Below, one piece after another: positions 39,441-49,186 of a stretch of DNA of 64,000 bases (the first letter of the stretch is position 1; each line of letters opens with the position of its first letter). This stretch comes from Promethearchaeia archaeon (lineage in GTDB: Archaea > Asgardarchaeota > Lokiarchaeia > Sigyniarchaeales > SOKP01): assembly GCA_029856145.1 (NCBI GenBank), contig JAHQWK010000001.1, positions 352,001 to 416,000 of the forward strand, written 5' to 3'. The translations under genes and the position numbers were made by a program. Below the pieces are notes generated by a model, which worked only from the letters and a program-made list of their open reading frames with translations, was not told the DNA's origin and ran no database searches.

Positions 39441-40487
39441 ATGACAGATTTAATAGAAAATTCAGAGGAAACAAATCTAAATAAAGAAATTGTCAAAAAT
39501 TCTATAAATTTAGAAGAAAGGGACAAAGATGTAGTTGAAAAAGATTTTATCCCTCACTTTTTTCCAACTTACAGAATCAAAAGAAATTTATATCCAATAC
39601 CAATAATTCTCGTAGTTGCGATCTCAGCAATCCTAGCTTATTTAGCATATGTTGAAGCAGGAATTCAAATTGATGGTGGATACATTTCAGAAAGTGAATT
39701 TGGAGCACTAGGAGGAATTTTAAATGGGTTAATTTATACAGCATTAGCGGGAATCTCTGCTTTTGTCATAATTTTCATAATAAAGAAAAAAGGTATTGGT
39801 GTATTAATGTATATTTTTGGATTTAGTTTTGGATTAGTTGGATTTTTTCAAACTTGGTTTTTTGGGGAAATTATTATATATTTATTATTTTTAAATTCAC
39901 CACATTTATTCTATCTATTTTATTATGAAATGATTTTTCTAACAGCCTTTTTTACCATTCTTATGCTGTATTTATATTTTACTTCAAAATCGATAAAAAT
40001 AAAAAATTTTATCGTCTTATATATAGGATTATTAATTGGAGCATCTATGGGTGTATTAATGCCTCTTTGGACTACTTTAGCTATCTTAATTGGGATTTCA
40101 TGTTGGGACATTTTCGCTGTGTTATATAAACATGGACCAATCAAACAATTGATTGATATTGCGTCAAATCCAGAGGAAGATGTTGTTCTATCAGAACAAG
40201 AATTACAACAAAAAATTAAAACTGGAGAATATGAGTATGATACTTCAAAATTGGAAATTGGAATAGGTGATTTAGCTTTTTATAGCATGCTTACTTCAAG
40301 TGCCCTAGTTCAAACTAATAATCTAATAATTATGATTTTGACTGCATTTGCAACAATTGTAGGTACTGGAATTACTATTGCAGGTTTAAAACGAAACAAA
40401 ATCTTACCTGGTCTACCCATTTCGATTTTTCTTGGTATAGGAACGATGTTACTCTCATGGTTTTTAATCTCAACTTTTTTCTTTTAG
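39441..40487 (+). CDS. Presenilin-like GxGD intramembrane aspartyl protease
   Basis: ISCWDIFAVLYKHGPIKQL (first Asp), EIGIGDLAFYSML (GxGD), ILPGLPISI (PAL-like); about 9 TM. Confidence 0.92.
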   Translation: MTDLIENSEETNLNKEIVKNSINLEERDKDVVEKDFIPHFFPTYRIKRNLYPIPIILVVAISAILAYLAYVEAGIQIDGGYISESEFGALGGILNGLIYTALAGISAFVIIFIIKKKGIGVLMYIFGFSFGLVGFFQTWFFGEIIIYLLFLNSPHLFYLFYYEMIFLTAFFTILMLYLYFTSKSIKIKNFIVLYIGLLIGASMGVLMPLWTTLAILIGISCWDIFAVLYKHGPIKQLIDIASNPEEDVVLSEQELQQKIKTGEYEYDTSKLEIGIGDLAFYSMLTSSALVQTNNLIIMILTAFATIVGTGITIAGLKRNKILPGLPISIFLGIGTMLLSWFLISTFFF

Positions 40488-40572
40488 TTAAGATTACATT
40501 TTTTTTAAGGAAATAACCTTTAATTTATTGCTTAAATTAAATTTATTATTATCGAAAGTGAGGATTAAAGCG

Positions 40573-41760
40573 ATGGCTAATATATATAATATTAATACAA
40601 TTGCAGTTATTGGTGCTGGAACGATGGGTCATGAAATTGCCCAAGTTGCTTTAATGGGAGGATTAAAACCTGTTTTATTAAATGATTTAAATAGTGAAAT
40701 ACTCGAAAAAGCAATAAACAAAATTCAAAATGGTTTAAGAAGATTAGAAACTAAAGGAAAGTTAAAGAAAGGATATACGACTTCCGCCCTTATGGAAAAT
40801 CTTAAAACAGAAATAGATCTAAAGAAAACGGTTTCTCATGTAGATTTTGTCTTTGAAGCAATTCCTGAAAAAATGAAAATTAAACAAGAACTCTTCGAAA
40901 AATTAGGGAATTTTGCTCCAAAACATACAATTTTGGCTACAAATACATCAACGATGAGTATAACAAAGATTGCTTCTTTATCAGGACGACCAGATAAAGT
41001 TATTGGGTGCCATTTTTTTACTCCGATAGTGGTACTTAGATTAATTGAAATTATAAAAGGTAGAGAAACTTCAGAAGAAACAGTTGAAATTACTAAAAAG
41101 GTTTGCGAACAATTACCTGCTCTCAAAGGAAGAAGGTTTTTACCCGTTCTTCAAAAAGAGAGTCCGGGATTTATTGTAAATCGGTTACTGTTAGGAATTA
41201 GTGCTTATTTAAACTGGCTTCTTGATTATGCGATGGAGGAAGGCATACCATTAGAAAATTTAGATGCTGATGTAAAAGAAATAATGAAAGTCGGGCCATT
41301 AGCCAAATGGGATTATTTGGGCCTTGATGTAGTTTATAATACTTTAAAATATTTTGAGAAAGTTGTTTCACTTGATTTTTCTCCTGGAAAAACTCTAACA
41401 AAATTAGTAAATGAAGGAAAATTAGGTAGAAAAACTGGAGAAGGCCTTTTTAAATGGGTTGAAGGTAAACCACAAATAAATTTAGATAGAAAAGCAAGAA
41501 TTCTCGATCTTGAGCTTTTTATGGCAATTCAGTTGAATGAAGGATGTAAACTCTTAGAAGAGAGGATAGTTTCTGGATATAAAATTATTGACGATACAAT
41601 GTTTGCTGGAATGGATATGCCTGGACCATTTGGTATGGGGAAAAAAAAATATGAACAATGGGTTAAGCTGCTAGAAGATTTCGTTGGAAAATCAAATCTG
41701 AATTATTTTAACCCTTGTAATTTAATGAAATCTGGCAAATTTATTCAAATGCGAAAATAA
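40573..41760 (+). CDS. 3-hydroxyacyl-CoA dehydrogenase
   Basis: IGAGTMG, EAIPE, ATNTST, HFF, PGFIVNR, GRKTGEG; duplicated C-terminal domain. Confidence 0.92.
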   Translation: MANIYNINTIAVIGAGTMGHEIAQVALMGGLKPVLLNDLNSEILEKAINKIQNGLRRLETKGKLKKGYTTSALMENLKTEIDLKKTVSHVDFVFEAIPEKMKIKQELFEKLGNFAPKHTILATNTSTMSITKIASLSGRPDKVIGCHFFTPIVVLRLIEIIKGRETSEETVEITKKVCEQLPALKGRRFLPVLQKESPGFIVNRLLLGISAYLNWLLDYAMEEGIPLENLDADVKEIMKVGPLAKWDYLGLDVVYNTLKYFEKVVSLDFSPGKTLTKLVNEGKLGRKTGEGLFKWVEGKPQINLDRKARILDLELFMAIQLNEGCKLLEERIVSGYKIIDDTMFAGMDMPGPFGMGKKKYEQWVKLLEDFVGKSNLNYFNPCNLMKSGKFIQMRK

Positions 41761-41882
41761 GAAAGTAATAATAATCTTATATAATCCAAACAAACATTAA
41801 TCAATAATTTTATATTATAATTGTGTGTAATTTATAAGAAAAATAGATTTATAAAATAAGAGTTAATTAAAAAGAATAACTA

Positions 41883-42173
41883 ATGTCTGAAGAGAACAAT
41901 GCTCCTAAATCGGGTTTCGATAAAATTATTGATTACTTTAATAATTCACTCGATTTAAATCATCCGATTGCCATTGCAAAAATTGTGGAAGAAACTGGGT
42001 TTTCTTGGAGTTTTGTTAAAAAAACATTAACTAAAATAAGTGAACAATACGATGGATTTCATTTTGAAAAATCAGGAAGCACGTGGATTACTTGGAAAGA
42101 TCGTGATCATTTAATAAAAAAACTCAATGATACTTGTTCCCGTTTATTAGACGAAGCTGAAGATGAAAATTAA
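41883..42173 (+). CDS. Small winged-HTH-like protein
   Basis: IAKIVEETGFSWSFVKKTL helix-turn-helix pattern followed by a beta wing. Confidence 0.6.
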   Translation: MSEENNAPKSGFDKIIDYFNNSLDLNHPIAIAKIVEETGFSWSFVKKTLTKISEQYDGFHFEKSGSTWITWKDRDHLIKKLNDTCSRLLDEAEDEN

Positions 42174-42303
42174 AAAATTTTTATTTTTTATATATGAATT
42201 TCCTCAAATTTTGGGGAGAAATGTATTTTATATATAAAATTTACGCTCTCCAATATTTTAAAAAGATCAGCTCGCGTTTTTTATTTAAAAACATCTAAAA
42301 AAT

Positions 42304-42477
42304 ATGAATATAATGAGTCTTCAATTAGATTTTCTTTCTAAATTAAGGCTATTTATTTGCCCATTTAAAAATATGTGTATTCTCCCGAAAAAACAGTTTC
42401 TATGTAAGATCCCAGAGTGTAAAAGCTGTCCAACTTATATTGAAAAATTAAAAAAACTCAAAGAAAGAATCCTTTAA
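42304..42477 (+). CDS. Small Cys-rich protein (57 aa, absent from ORF track)
   Basis: Manual translation: MNIMSLQLDFLSKLRLFICPFKNMCILPKKQFLCKIPECKSCPTYIEKLKKLKERIL (5 Cys). Confidence 0.55.
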   Translation: MNIMSLQLDFLSKLRLFICPFKNMCILPKKQFLCKIPECKSCPTYIEKLKKLKERIL

Positions 42478-42517
42478 TGCCTTTCTTAAAAAAATTTGAA
42501 CTTATGAATAAATAATT

Positions 42518-42682
42518 TTAATCTTTTTCTTCTAATTTTCTTTGAATATGTCTAAGTAAGCTCATTAATTCTTCAGTAGTACATTTATCTATTAAATCTA
42601 ATAAATTTTCTGACCATGATTCTGTACATTGCTCACATTCAAATATAAAATCAAGATATTCTTTTTTTTTTCCACTACTCAT
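42518..42682 (-). CDS. Small hypothetical protein with CxxC (54 aa)
   Basis: MSSGKKKEYLDFIFECEQCTESWSENLLDLIDKC... The longer start in the ORF track runs through an A-tract. Confidence 0.55.
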   Translation of the reverse strand: MSSGKKKEYLDFIFECEQCTESWSENLLDLIDKCTTEELMSLLRHIQRKLEEKD

Positions 42683-42724
42683 GATTTTTTTTATTTTTTT
42701 TGTTTTTTTAAAACAGGAGAACAA

Positions 42725-42955
42725 TTAGAAATATAACCGGCAACGAATACTAACAAGATCTTCTTTTTTTATAGAGTAAATATTCTTTCCATGTTCTTTT
42801 CTGAAATAATGCTCATTTGGATCGATGCCTTTTACGACTCTAAAAAATACTCTTTTATCATGAATCCACAGATGATCTACCATCAAATCGATTTTATCAT
42901 TTGTACCAGTGCTATATATCTGGAAAGCTGAAAATTGTTGTATTTTTGACTCCAT
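42725..42955 (-). CDS. Small beta-rich hypothetical protein (76 aa)
   Basis: ATG start and protein-like composition; C-terminal IYSIKKEDLVSI. Confidence 0.65.
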   Translation of the reverse strand: MESKIQQFSAFQIYSTGTNDKIDLMVDHLWIHDKRVFFRVVKGIDPNEHYFRKEHGKNIYSIKKEDLVSIRCRLYF

Positions 42956-43043
42956 ACTTTTTATTATTATTATAAATTTAAGTCAATGCTTTTAAAAAAA
43001 AATTAAATCAAAATTATTTTAGTACAATTACAAATAAAATTAA

Positions 43044-43111
43044 TTGTGGTGCGTCTCCATATTTTTTTTTTAATTTTTGTCACCCTCCTCCCTATGGCAT
43101 CGGTACCACAA
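43044..43111. other. GC-enriched imperfect inverted repeat / candidate structured RNA
   Basis: TTGTGGTGC (43044-52) pairs with GTACCACAA (43103-11); CCATA (43057-61) pairs with TATGG (43093-97). Confidence 0.5.
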
Positions 43112-43417
43112 AATTTTGTATACTCTAATGTAGAAACTCTAGCATGTAAAAAGTATCGTGCGTTTTTTCGAGTTTTATAAGTGAATCTCAAATTTAATAT
43201 TTAAATTCCACTAAATTTATTTTAAAAAATAATGAAATGAGTAGATCTACTGAAATAATTGAAATTGTTTATTAAAAAAACTTATTGAGCCATTTGGGGT
43301 TTTTTGAAAACCTTTAAAATAAATTAGAAAGAAATTTTAATGGAGAAGAAAATTTTAAAGTTGTTATCGTTTATACAAACTTAGATTAATTAAGTTTTAT
43401 AAGAGCAAAATGTATTT

Positions 43418-44677
43418 ATGAAAAATTTAAAAAATATATTATTTATTGTTATAGACTGCTTACGGGCGGATTATATTTATGAAGCTAATAAAAGTCATAT
43501 TCCTAACATAAATGAAATAAAGAAGAATGGTTTTTCCTTTCTAAATACAATAGCGACTACTTCTACAACAACACCCTCCTTTTCTAGTCTACTTACCGGA
43601 TTATACCCTTTTGAAAGTGGTGTGAGGAGTCACTCTGGTTATGCGTTAAATAAAAACGTCATCACTTACCCTGAAATTTTAAAAAAGAATGGATATCATA
43701 CTTATGCTGAAGTAACAGGACCAGTAAGACAAGAAATCGGATTAGATAAAGGTTTTGATGAATTCAATTATAGGAATCGAGATAAAACAATTCATACAGA
43801 GTGGGGTAAATTTTTAATAAAGAAATTTGAATCTGATTATAAAAAACCATGGTTTGTTCTTCTGCATATTTGGGCGCTTCATGAACCTAGGATTGTTTTA
43901 AATCAACTTAATTATGAAAAATATGGAAAAACAAAATATGCTAGAGCAATTTCTAGCATAGATAAATATTTAGGTGAACTTTTTAATGTTTTGAGAGATG
44001 ATACTATAATATTATTAACAGGAGATCATGGAGAACAAATTTCACGTTCAAGAATCGAAAGAAAAGCAAAAAATATTATAGAAAAATGCGTTAAATCCTT
44101 AAAAAAATATAATATTTTTAAAATTCCATATTCTAAAATAATAAGACCTATTCATGTTGGCCATGGGTATAGTATTTATGATGTATTAGTTAAAGTTCCA
44201 TTAATATTTTATAATAAAGAGATAATTCCTAATAATAAATCAAATGTACAGATCAGGCATATAGATATTTTTCCAACAATTTTAGATTTAGTTAATATAA
44301 AAACCGATAATGAAGTTACTGGAAAAACCGTAATGCCAATAATAGAAGGAAAAGAATTTTCACATAGAGATGCCTATCTAGAAGCTGTAGGTATAAATAT
44401 TCCCAAAAAAGAAGATTGGTTAGTTGGACTCCGTGTTGCTAATAAATATAAATATATCATGTCTCCATTTAAGAAAAATTTTAAAGAAGAATTATATTTA
44501 TTAGAAAAAGATCCTTTTGAAAAACGAAATGTTGCTCCTAATTATCCTCAATTAATTGAAAAGTTTAAGAAGAAAATCGAAAAACTGAAATTTAAAGAAT
44601 TTGTTGGGGAAAGGTTAAAAAAAGAAGAACAAGATAAAATTATAGATCGGTTAAGAGCTCTAGGATATGTCGATTAA
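43418..44677 (+). CDS. Sulfatase-like hydrolase (alkaline phosphatase superfamily, Thr at nucleophile position)
   Basis: IDCLRAD, TTTPSFSSLLTG, HEP, TGDHGE, GHG, DPFEKRN, RLRALGY. Confidence 0.88.
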   Translation: MKNLKNILFIVIDCLRADYIYEANKSHIPNINEIKKNGFSFLNTIATTSTTTPSFSSLLTGLYPFESGVRSHSGYALNKNVITYPEILKKNGYHTYAEVTGPVRQEIGLDKGFDEFNYRNRDKTIHTEWGKFLIKKFESDYKKPWFVLLHIWALHEPRIVLNQLNYEKYGKTKYARAISSIDKYLGELFNVLRDDTIILLTGDHGEQISRSRIERKAKNIIEKCVKSLKKYNIFKIPYSKIIRPIHVGHGYSIYDVLVKVPLIFYNKEIIPNNKSNVQIRHIDIFPTILDLVNIKTDNEVTGKTVMPIIEGKEFSHRDAYLEAVGINIPKKEDWLVGLRVANKYKYIMSPFKKNFKEELYLLEKDPFEKRNVAPNYPQLIEKFKKKIEKLKFKEFVGERLKKEEQDKIIDRLRALGYVD

Positions 44678-44924
44678 TTAATTTCAATTAAAGTATCTAT
44701 TCTTTTCACATTTACTTTTATATTTTATTTTAAATCTTAAAAATAATTAAATTTATTTTTTATCCAAATTAATAGCAAATATAAATTTATAGATCTCGGT
44801 GATTTGGAGAGTGTGAAATTTCATTCTATAATTATTACACCTTTAAATGACATGTAAAATTCTATAAATCATTAATTAAAACAATTTTTACCATTACATA
44901 TCTGTTAAATTTGTGATTAATAAT

Positions 44925-45869
44925 ATGAAAATTGAAAAATCAAGTCAAGATCTCGAAAATGAAGTAATTTATGCAGGACTTTGTATTCATTGTGGCTCTT
45001 GTAACGCATTCTGTCCACATATGGATTTTAATCAAGAAACAGGGGAAGCATATGTAGTAGATGAATGTGCTGAAACTGTAGGGCTCTGCTATAATTCTTG
45101 TCCAAGAAGTTTTTTGCCTATATCAGAGATTGAGATGAAACTTTTTGGGAAAACACGTATCGATTTAGCTGTTGGAGTCTATAGCGATATAGTTCAAGTA
45201 AAATCAAAAAATAAGGATGATATATTATCTAATCTTGTTGTTGCAGGTTTTGAAGCAGGAATTGTAAAACATATGGTCCTAAGCGAAGTTAAAAGTAAAA
45301 AACCTCCTGTGGCATTTCCTATTGTGGTAGATAATGCAAAAGATGCAAAAAAATATATACCAAAGTCTACAATGGAGAATGCAGGTCCCTTAGTTACAGG
45401 AATTGGAAAAGCCTATAAAGACTATAAACGTGATATTGGTATTTTAGCTAATCCTTGTCATCTTCAAGGTCTTGCAAAAATTCTAACGTCGGACTTTAAC
45501 ACAGGAGCAGAACGTACATCATTAAAGATAGCCTATGCGTGTTCTTCAGGGGGATTACCGGGCTGTAAGTACTGTACTGACTTTTCAGGAGAATTCTCAG
45601 ATATTTCATATTCCCCATGGGGCGCTCCAAAAGGTTCAGGTGAAGCTTTTCTTATAATTAGAACTGATGTAGGGCAAAAATTAGTTGATACTGCCGTCAA
45701 AAATAAATTAATTGAAGTTACTGATCCTAATCCAGATTTATCTGAGATGAAGAAGTTTCTAAATAAAAAACGCAAGAAAAATTTCTTAACTCTTTTAAGT
45801 AAGGATTTAATAACAGCTAAATACCTAAATCTTAATGTTGATGAGTTAAAGAATATTCTGGAAGATTAA
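44925..45869 (+). CDS. Coenzyme F420 hydrogenase/dehydrogenase beta-subunit family (FrhB/FpoF-like) with N-terminal ferredoxin
   Basis: CIHCGSCNAFCP, GLCYNSCPR, NPCH, GCKYCTDFSGEFSDIS, IIRTDVG. Confidence 0.85.
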   Translation: MKIEKSSQDLENEVIYAGLCIHCGSCNAFCPHMDFNQETGEAYVVDECAETVGLCYNSCPRSFLPISEIEMKLFGKTRIDLAVGVYSDIVQVKSKNKDDILSNLVVAGFEAGIVKHMVLSEVKSKKPPVAFPIVVDNAKDAKKYIPKSTMENAGPLVTGIGKAYKDYKRDIGILANPCHLQGLAKILTSDFNTGAERTSLKIAYACSSGGLPGCKYCTDFSGEFSDISYSPWGAPKGSGEAFLIIRTDVGQKLVDTAVKNKLIEVTDPNPDLSEMKKFLNKKRKKNFLTLLSKDLITAKYLNLNVDELKNILED

Positions 45870-46048
45870 TAATTTCTTTTTTATTTTTTATTATTATTTT
45901 AACTAATTAACACCACATTTTTTAGAAAATGATAATTTCTTAGCAAATTAAATATAAAATCCGTTCAATCTATTATTTATAGAAAGAAAAATTATTTACG
46001 ATTAAGATTTATTATAATAATATTAATTTTCAATATAAGTTAAATAGA

Positions 46049-46582
46049 ATGTCAAATCGAAAAATTCTCTTTAAAGTCGTTATTGTGGGAGATGGAGGCG
46101 TCGGAAAAAGTACTATGGTACAAAGATTAACAACTGGACAATTCATTCCACAACAAATTACAATTGGAACAGATCTTGCGATCCAAAATATCAGAATCAA
46201 TGAAAAAACCTCGGTAAAACTTCAAATCTGGGATTTCGCAGGAGAACGACGATTTAGAATTTTTTTGCCTAATTACTCTCGAGGTGCAACTGGGTGTTTA
46301 TTATGTTACGATATTACAAGGCGAAGTAGTTTTGATAATTTGGAAGAATGGTACCAAATCGTTAATAATAATGCTGATAATCCTGTATTTATTTTAGTTG
46401 GGGAAAAAGCGGACTTAGCAGATATTAGGAGAAGTGTTGAACTTGACCACGCTAAAGAATTTAAAGAAAAATACAATATTGAGTATTTTATAGAGACTTC
46501 TTCAAAAAGTGGAGAAAATAATAAAAAAATTTTTGAAACCTTAACTCGTACAATATTAAAAAGAAAAGGACATATTAATTAG
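46049..46582 (+). CDS. Rab-like small GTPase
   Basis: GDGGVGKS, TIG, KLQIWDFAGE, YSRGA, YDIT, GEKAD, ETSSK; no C-terminal Cys. Confidence 0.9.
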   Translation: MSNRKILFKVVIVGDGGVGKSTMVQRLTTGQFIPQQITIGTDLAIQNIRINEKTSVKLQIWDFAGERRFRIFLPNYSRGATGCLLCYDITRRSSFDNLEEWYQIVNNNADNPVFILVGEKADLADIRRSVELDHAKEFKEKYNIEYFIETSSKSGENNKKIFETLTRTILKRKGHIN

Positions 46583-46624
46583 AATTAGTTAAGCTGTTTT
46601 CTCAACTTGGCAAATAACTTTTTT

Positions 46625-47497
46625 TCATTCGCTTTTTAATTGTTCTTTTATTCTATTATTCAATGCTTTAAGATTTTCAATTATTTTAATTTGAAGGTTT
46701 CTTGGTAATGGCTCGAGAATCTTATCCAATTTCTCTTTACTAATTTTATTGTTAGTTTTATAATTCTTAATTAGGAAAACAATAGTTAAAGTTGGTGAAA
46801 TAATAAGAAATCCATAGAAAAAATAAGAAATTGTTATAATTTGAGAACCAGGAAGGAGTAATTGTATTCCAATAGTACCATAATTTATGAAAAAAAGAGT
46901 TATTATGTTTAGTATGTTTAAAATAATGAAAACGAAAAAAGTGATGTAAGCAACCATCCTAAAATTATTCAATTTTAGAAATGAAAATATATTTCTTAAA
47001 TCTTTAGAAAATGGTAGAGTTGATCTGGCTTCAGTTGTGTCTGTTATAATTTCTATCTTTGTATATTTCCATGAATCAATAAAAATCCAAAAAAAACCAA
47101 ATGTATATAAAAAGATAAGAAATCCTAAAAAATATGAGATATAATTAAGAACTATATGAGGATTATATAATGATTCTCCACCTAACCAAAAAATTAAGAT
47201 TAGTTGGAAAAGCGTACAATAAAATAACCGATTTGCATGTTTTCTTTCTAAACCTAAAGGATTATATACAATAAGACTATTCTTAAACTCAGTTTTCATT
47301 TTATTACTACTAAGAATTCTAAAAAATAATGAAAATGTAAATGTAATTAAAGGAAATAATAATAGGAGTATATTTTCCCCTCCTTGAGCAATGATTAATA
47401 AAAATAGGAAAGTGAACAAACTCGAATCTCTTAAAAGACTCTCAGAGATTAAGGCTCTTAATGATAAATAATGGTTATTATTATTTTTTTCATTCAT
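46625..47497 (-). CDS. Uncharacterised multi-pass membrane protein
   Basis: About 6 hydrophobic segments. Confidence 0.7.
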   Translation of the reverse strand: MNEKNNNNHYLSLRALISESLLRDSSLFTFLFLLIIAQGGENILLLLFPLITFTFSLFFRILSSNKMKTEFKNSLIVYNPLGLERKHANRLFYCTLFQLILIFWLGGESLYNPHIVLNYISYFLGFLIFLYTFGFFWIFIDSWKYTKIEIITDTTEARSTLPFSKDLRNIFSFLKLNNFRMVAYITFFVFIILNILNIITLFFINYGTIGIQLLLPGSQIITISYFFYGFLIISPTLTIVFLIKNYKTNNKISKEKLDKILEPLPRNLQIKIIENLKALNNRIKEQLKSE

Positions 47498-47596
47498 TTT
47501 CTTTATTAAAATATACTTAATAAATAAATTTTTATGATTTCTACTATTCCACTATATAACTTAAACACATTAGTACTGTAATGTTGTGTAGAAATT

Positions 47597-48694
47597 ATGA
47601 ACACTAAACTAACTGATAATAGAAAAACTCCTCTCTACGAGACTCATTTAAACCGTGGCGCTCGTATGGTTAGTTTTGCTGGATGGATGATGCCAGTTCA
47701 ATACGAGAGCATTATAAAAGAGCACGAAGCAGTTCGTTCTAACGCTGGTGTTTTTGACATATCACATATGGGAGAATTTATTCTTGAAGGTAAAGATGTA
47801 ATTGATTTTCTTCAATATGTAATGATAAATGATCTTAATTTATTAGAACCGTCTAAAGGTCAATATTCTTGTATGTGTTATGAAAATGGAACTGTTATTG
47901 ATGATCTCGTTTATTACGAGGAAAATCTAGAGCGTTTTAGAATGATTGTCAATGCAGGTAATATCGAAAAAGACTTCCAGTGGTTAAAAGATCATATTGG
48001 TAAAAAAGACGTAAAAATCACAAACCTTTCAGAGAAAAGAACCCGTGTGGCTTTTCAAGGTCCTAACGCAGATGAATTGCTTCAACCTTTAGTAGATGTA
48101 GATTTATCAAAGATCAATCGATTCTATTTTGTTCATTGCACTATTAAAAACAATCCTGTTTTTCTAGCGAGAACGGGATATACTGGAGAGAGAGGATTTG
48201 AAATATCTTTTGAAAATGTATTTGCAGAAAAAATATGGAATGATTTGATAGAGACCGGAGCTATGCCAGTAGGATTAGGCGCAAGAGATTCTTTGAGATT
48301 AGAAGCATGTTATTCACTTTATGGGCACGAAATAAGTGATTCTATTACTCCTGTTGAAGCGGGCCTTTTTTGGCTAGTGAAGCCTAAGGAGGGAATTGAC
48401 TATATTGGAAAAGAAGTTTTATTGAAACAAAAATCTGAAGGAACAGAAAGAATCTTAGTAGGTCTTAATTTAATTGATAAGGGTATTATTAGAGAGAAAT
48501 ATAAAATCTTTAAGGATGGCAATGATATTGGATTTGTTACCTCTGGTGGGTATTCACCTACGCTTAAAAAAACTATTGGTTTAGGACTTGTAAAAAATCA
48601 ATATAAGAAAGTAGGGACTGAAATAAAAATTGAAATTCGCAATAAACTCTTAAGAGGAGAGATAACAACTACACCATTTTACCGTAATGTGTAA
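47597..48694 (+). CDS. gcvT: Glycine cleavage system T protein
   Basis: FAGWMMPVQY, FDISHMG, RTGYTGERGFE, GARDSLRLEA. Confidence 0.96.
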   Translation: MNTKLTDNRKTPLYETHLNRGARMVSFAGWMMPVQYESIIKEHEAVRSNAGVFDISHMGEFILEGKDVIDFLQYVMINDLNLLEPSKGQYSCMCYENGTVIDDLVYYEENLERFRMIVNAGNIEKDFQWLKDHIGKKDVKITNLSEKRTRVAFQGPNADELLQPLVDVDLSKINRFYFVHCTIKNNPVFLARTGYTGERGFEISFENVFAEKIWNDLIETGAMPVGLGARDSLRLEACYSLYGHEISDSITPVEAGLFWLVKPKEGIDYIGKEVLLKQKSEGTERILVGLNLIDKGIIREKYKIFKDGNDIGFVTSGGYSPTLKKTIGLGLVKNQYKKVGTEIKIEIRNKLLRGEITTTPFYRNV

Positions 48695-48730
48695 AAAGAA
48701 CGATTTATAGCGAAGAAAAGGTGAAAATTT

Positions 48731-49126
48731 ATGGATTATGAATGTCCTAATAATTTAAAATACGCTTCAACTCACGAATGGATTAAAATTGAAGATTCAG
48801 TGGCAACAGTTGGAATTACTGATTATGCCCAATATCAATTAGGTGATATTGTATTTGTGGAACTTCCTGAAATTGGTATGGTGTTTGAAAGAGGAAGTAA
48901 TGCGGCAGAAATTGAATCAGTAAAAGCTGTTGGTGATTTAATCATGCCATTATCAGGAGAAATTATTGGTATAAACGAAAATCTCGCTGATAACCCGGAG
49001 AATGTTAATTCATCTCCCTTTGAAAATGGATGGATGATTAAAATCAAGTTTTCTCACCCGAGTGAAATAGATGAGCTTTTATCTGCTGAAAAATATAAAG
49101 AAATAATCCAAAACGAAAAACATTAA
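48731..49126 (+). CDS. gcvH: Glycine cleavage system H protein
   Basis: HEW, GITDYAQ, lipoyl-Lys motif IESVKA. Confidence 0.96.
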   Translation: MDYECPNNLKYASTHEWIKIEDSVATVGITDYAQYQLGDIVFVELPEIGMVFERGSNAAEIESVKAVGDLIMPLSGEIIGINENLADNPENVNSSPFENGWMIKIKFSHPSEIDELLSAEKYKEIIQNEKH

Positions 49127-49186
49127 AATTTTTTTCCTTATTGTTTTATTTAATTTTTGAATAATTTAATAACTGAGTTGTTTAAA

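Noticed and set aside
43003-43191. 62-aa ORF across the hairpin
   Set aside because: It runs through poly-A tracts and the inverted repeat, and is better explained as non-coding leader.
43240-43251. 12-bp palindrome AGTAGATCTACT
   Set aside because: Single occurrence about 170 bp from the nearest start, with no supporting context; expected by chance in 64 kb.
44925-45900. Selenocysteine/SECIS recoding in redox genes (FrhB-like, C_GCAxxG_C_C)
   Set aside because: No in-frame TGA at Cys positions; both ORFs are complete and end in TAA.
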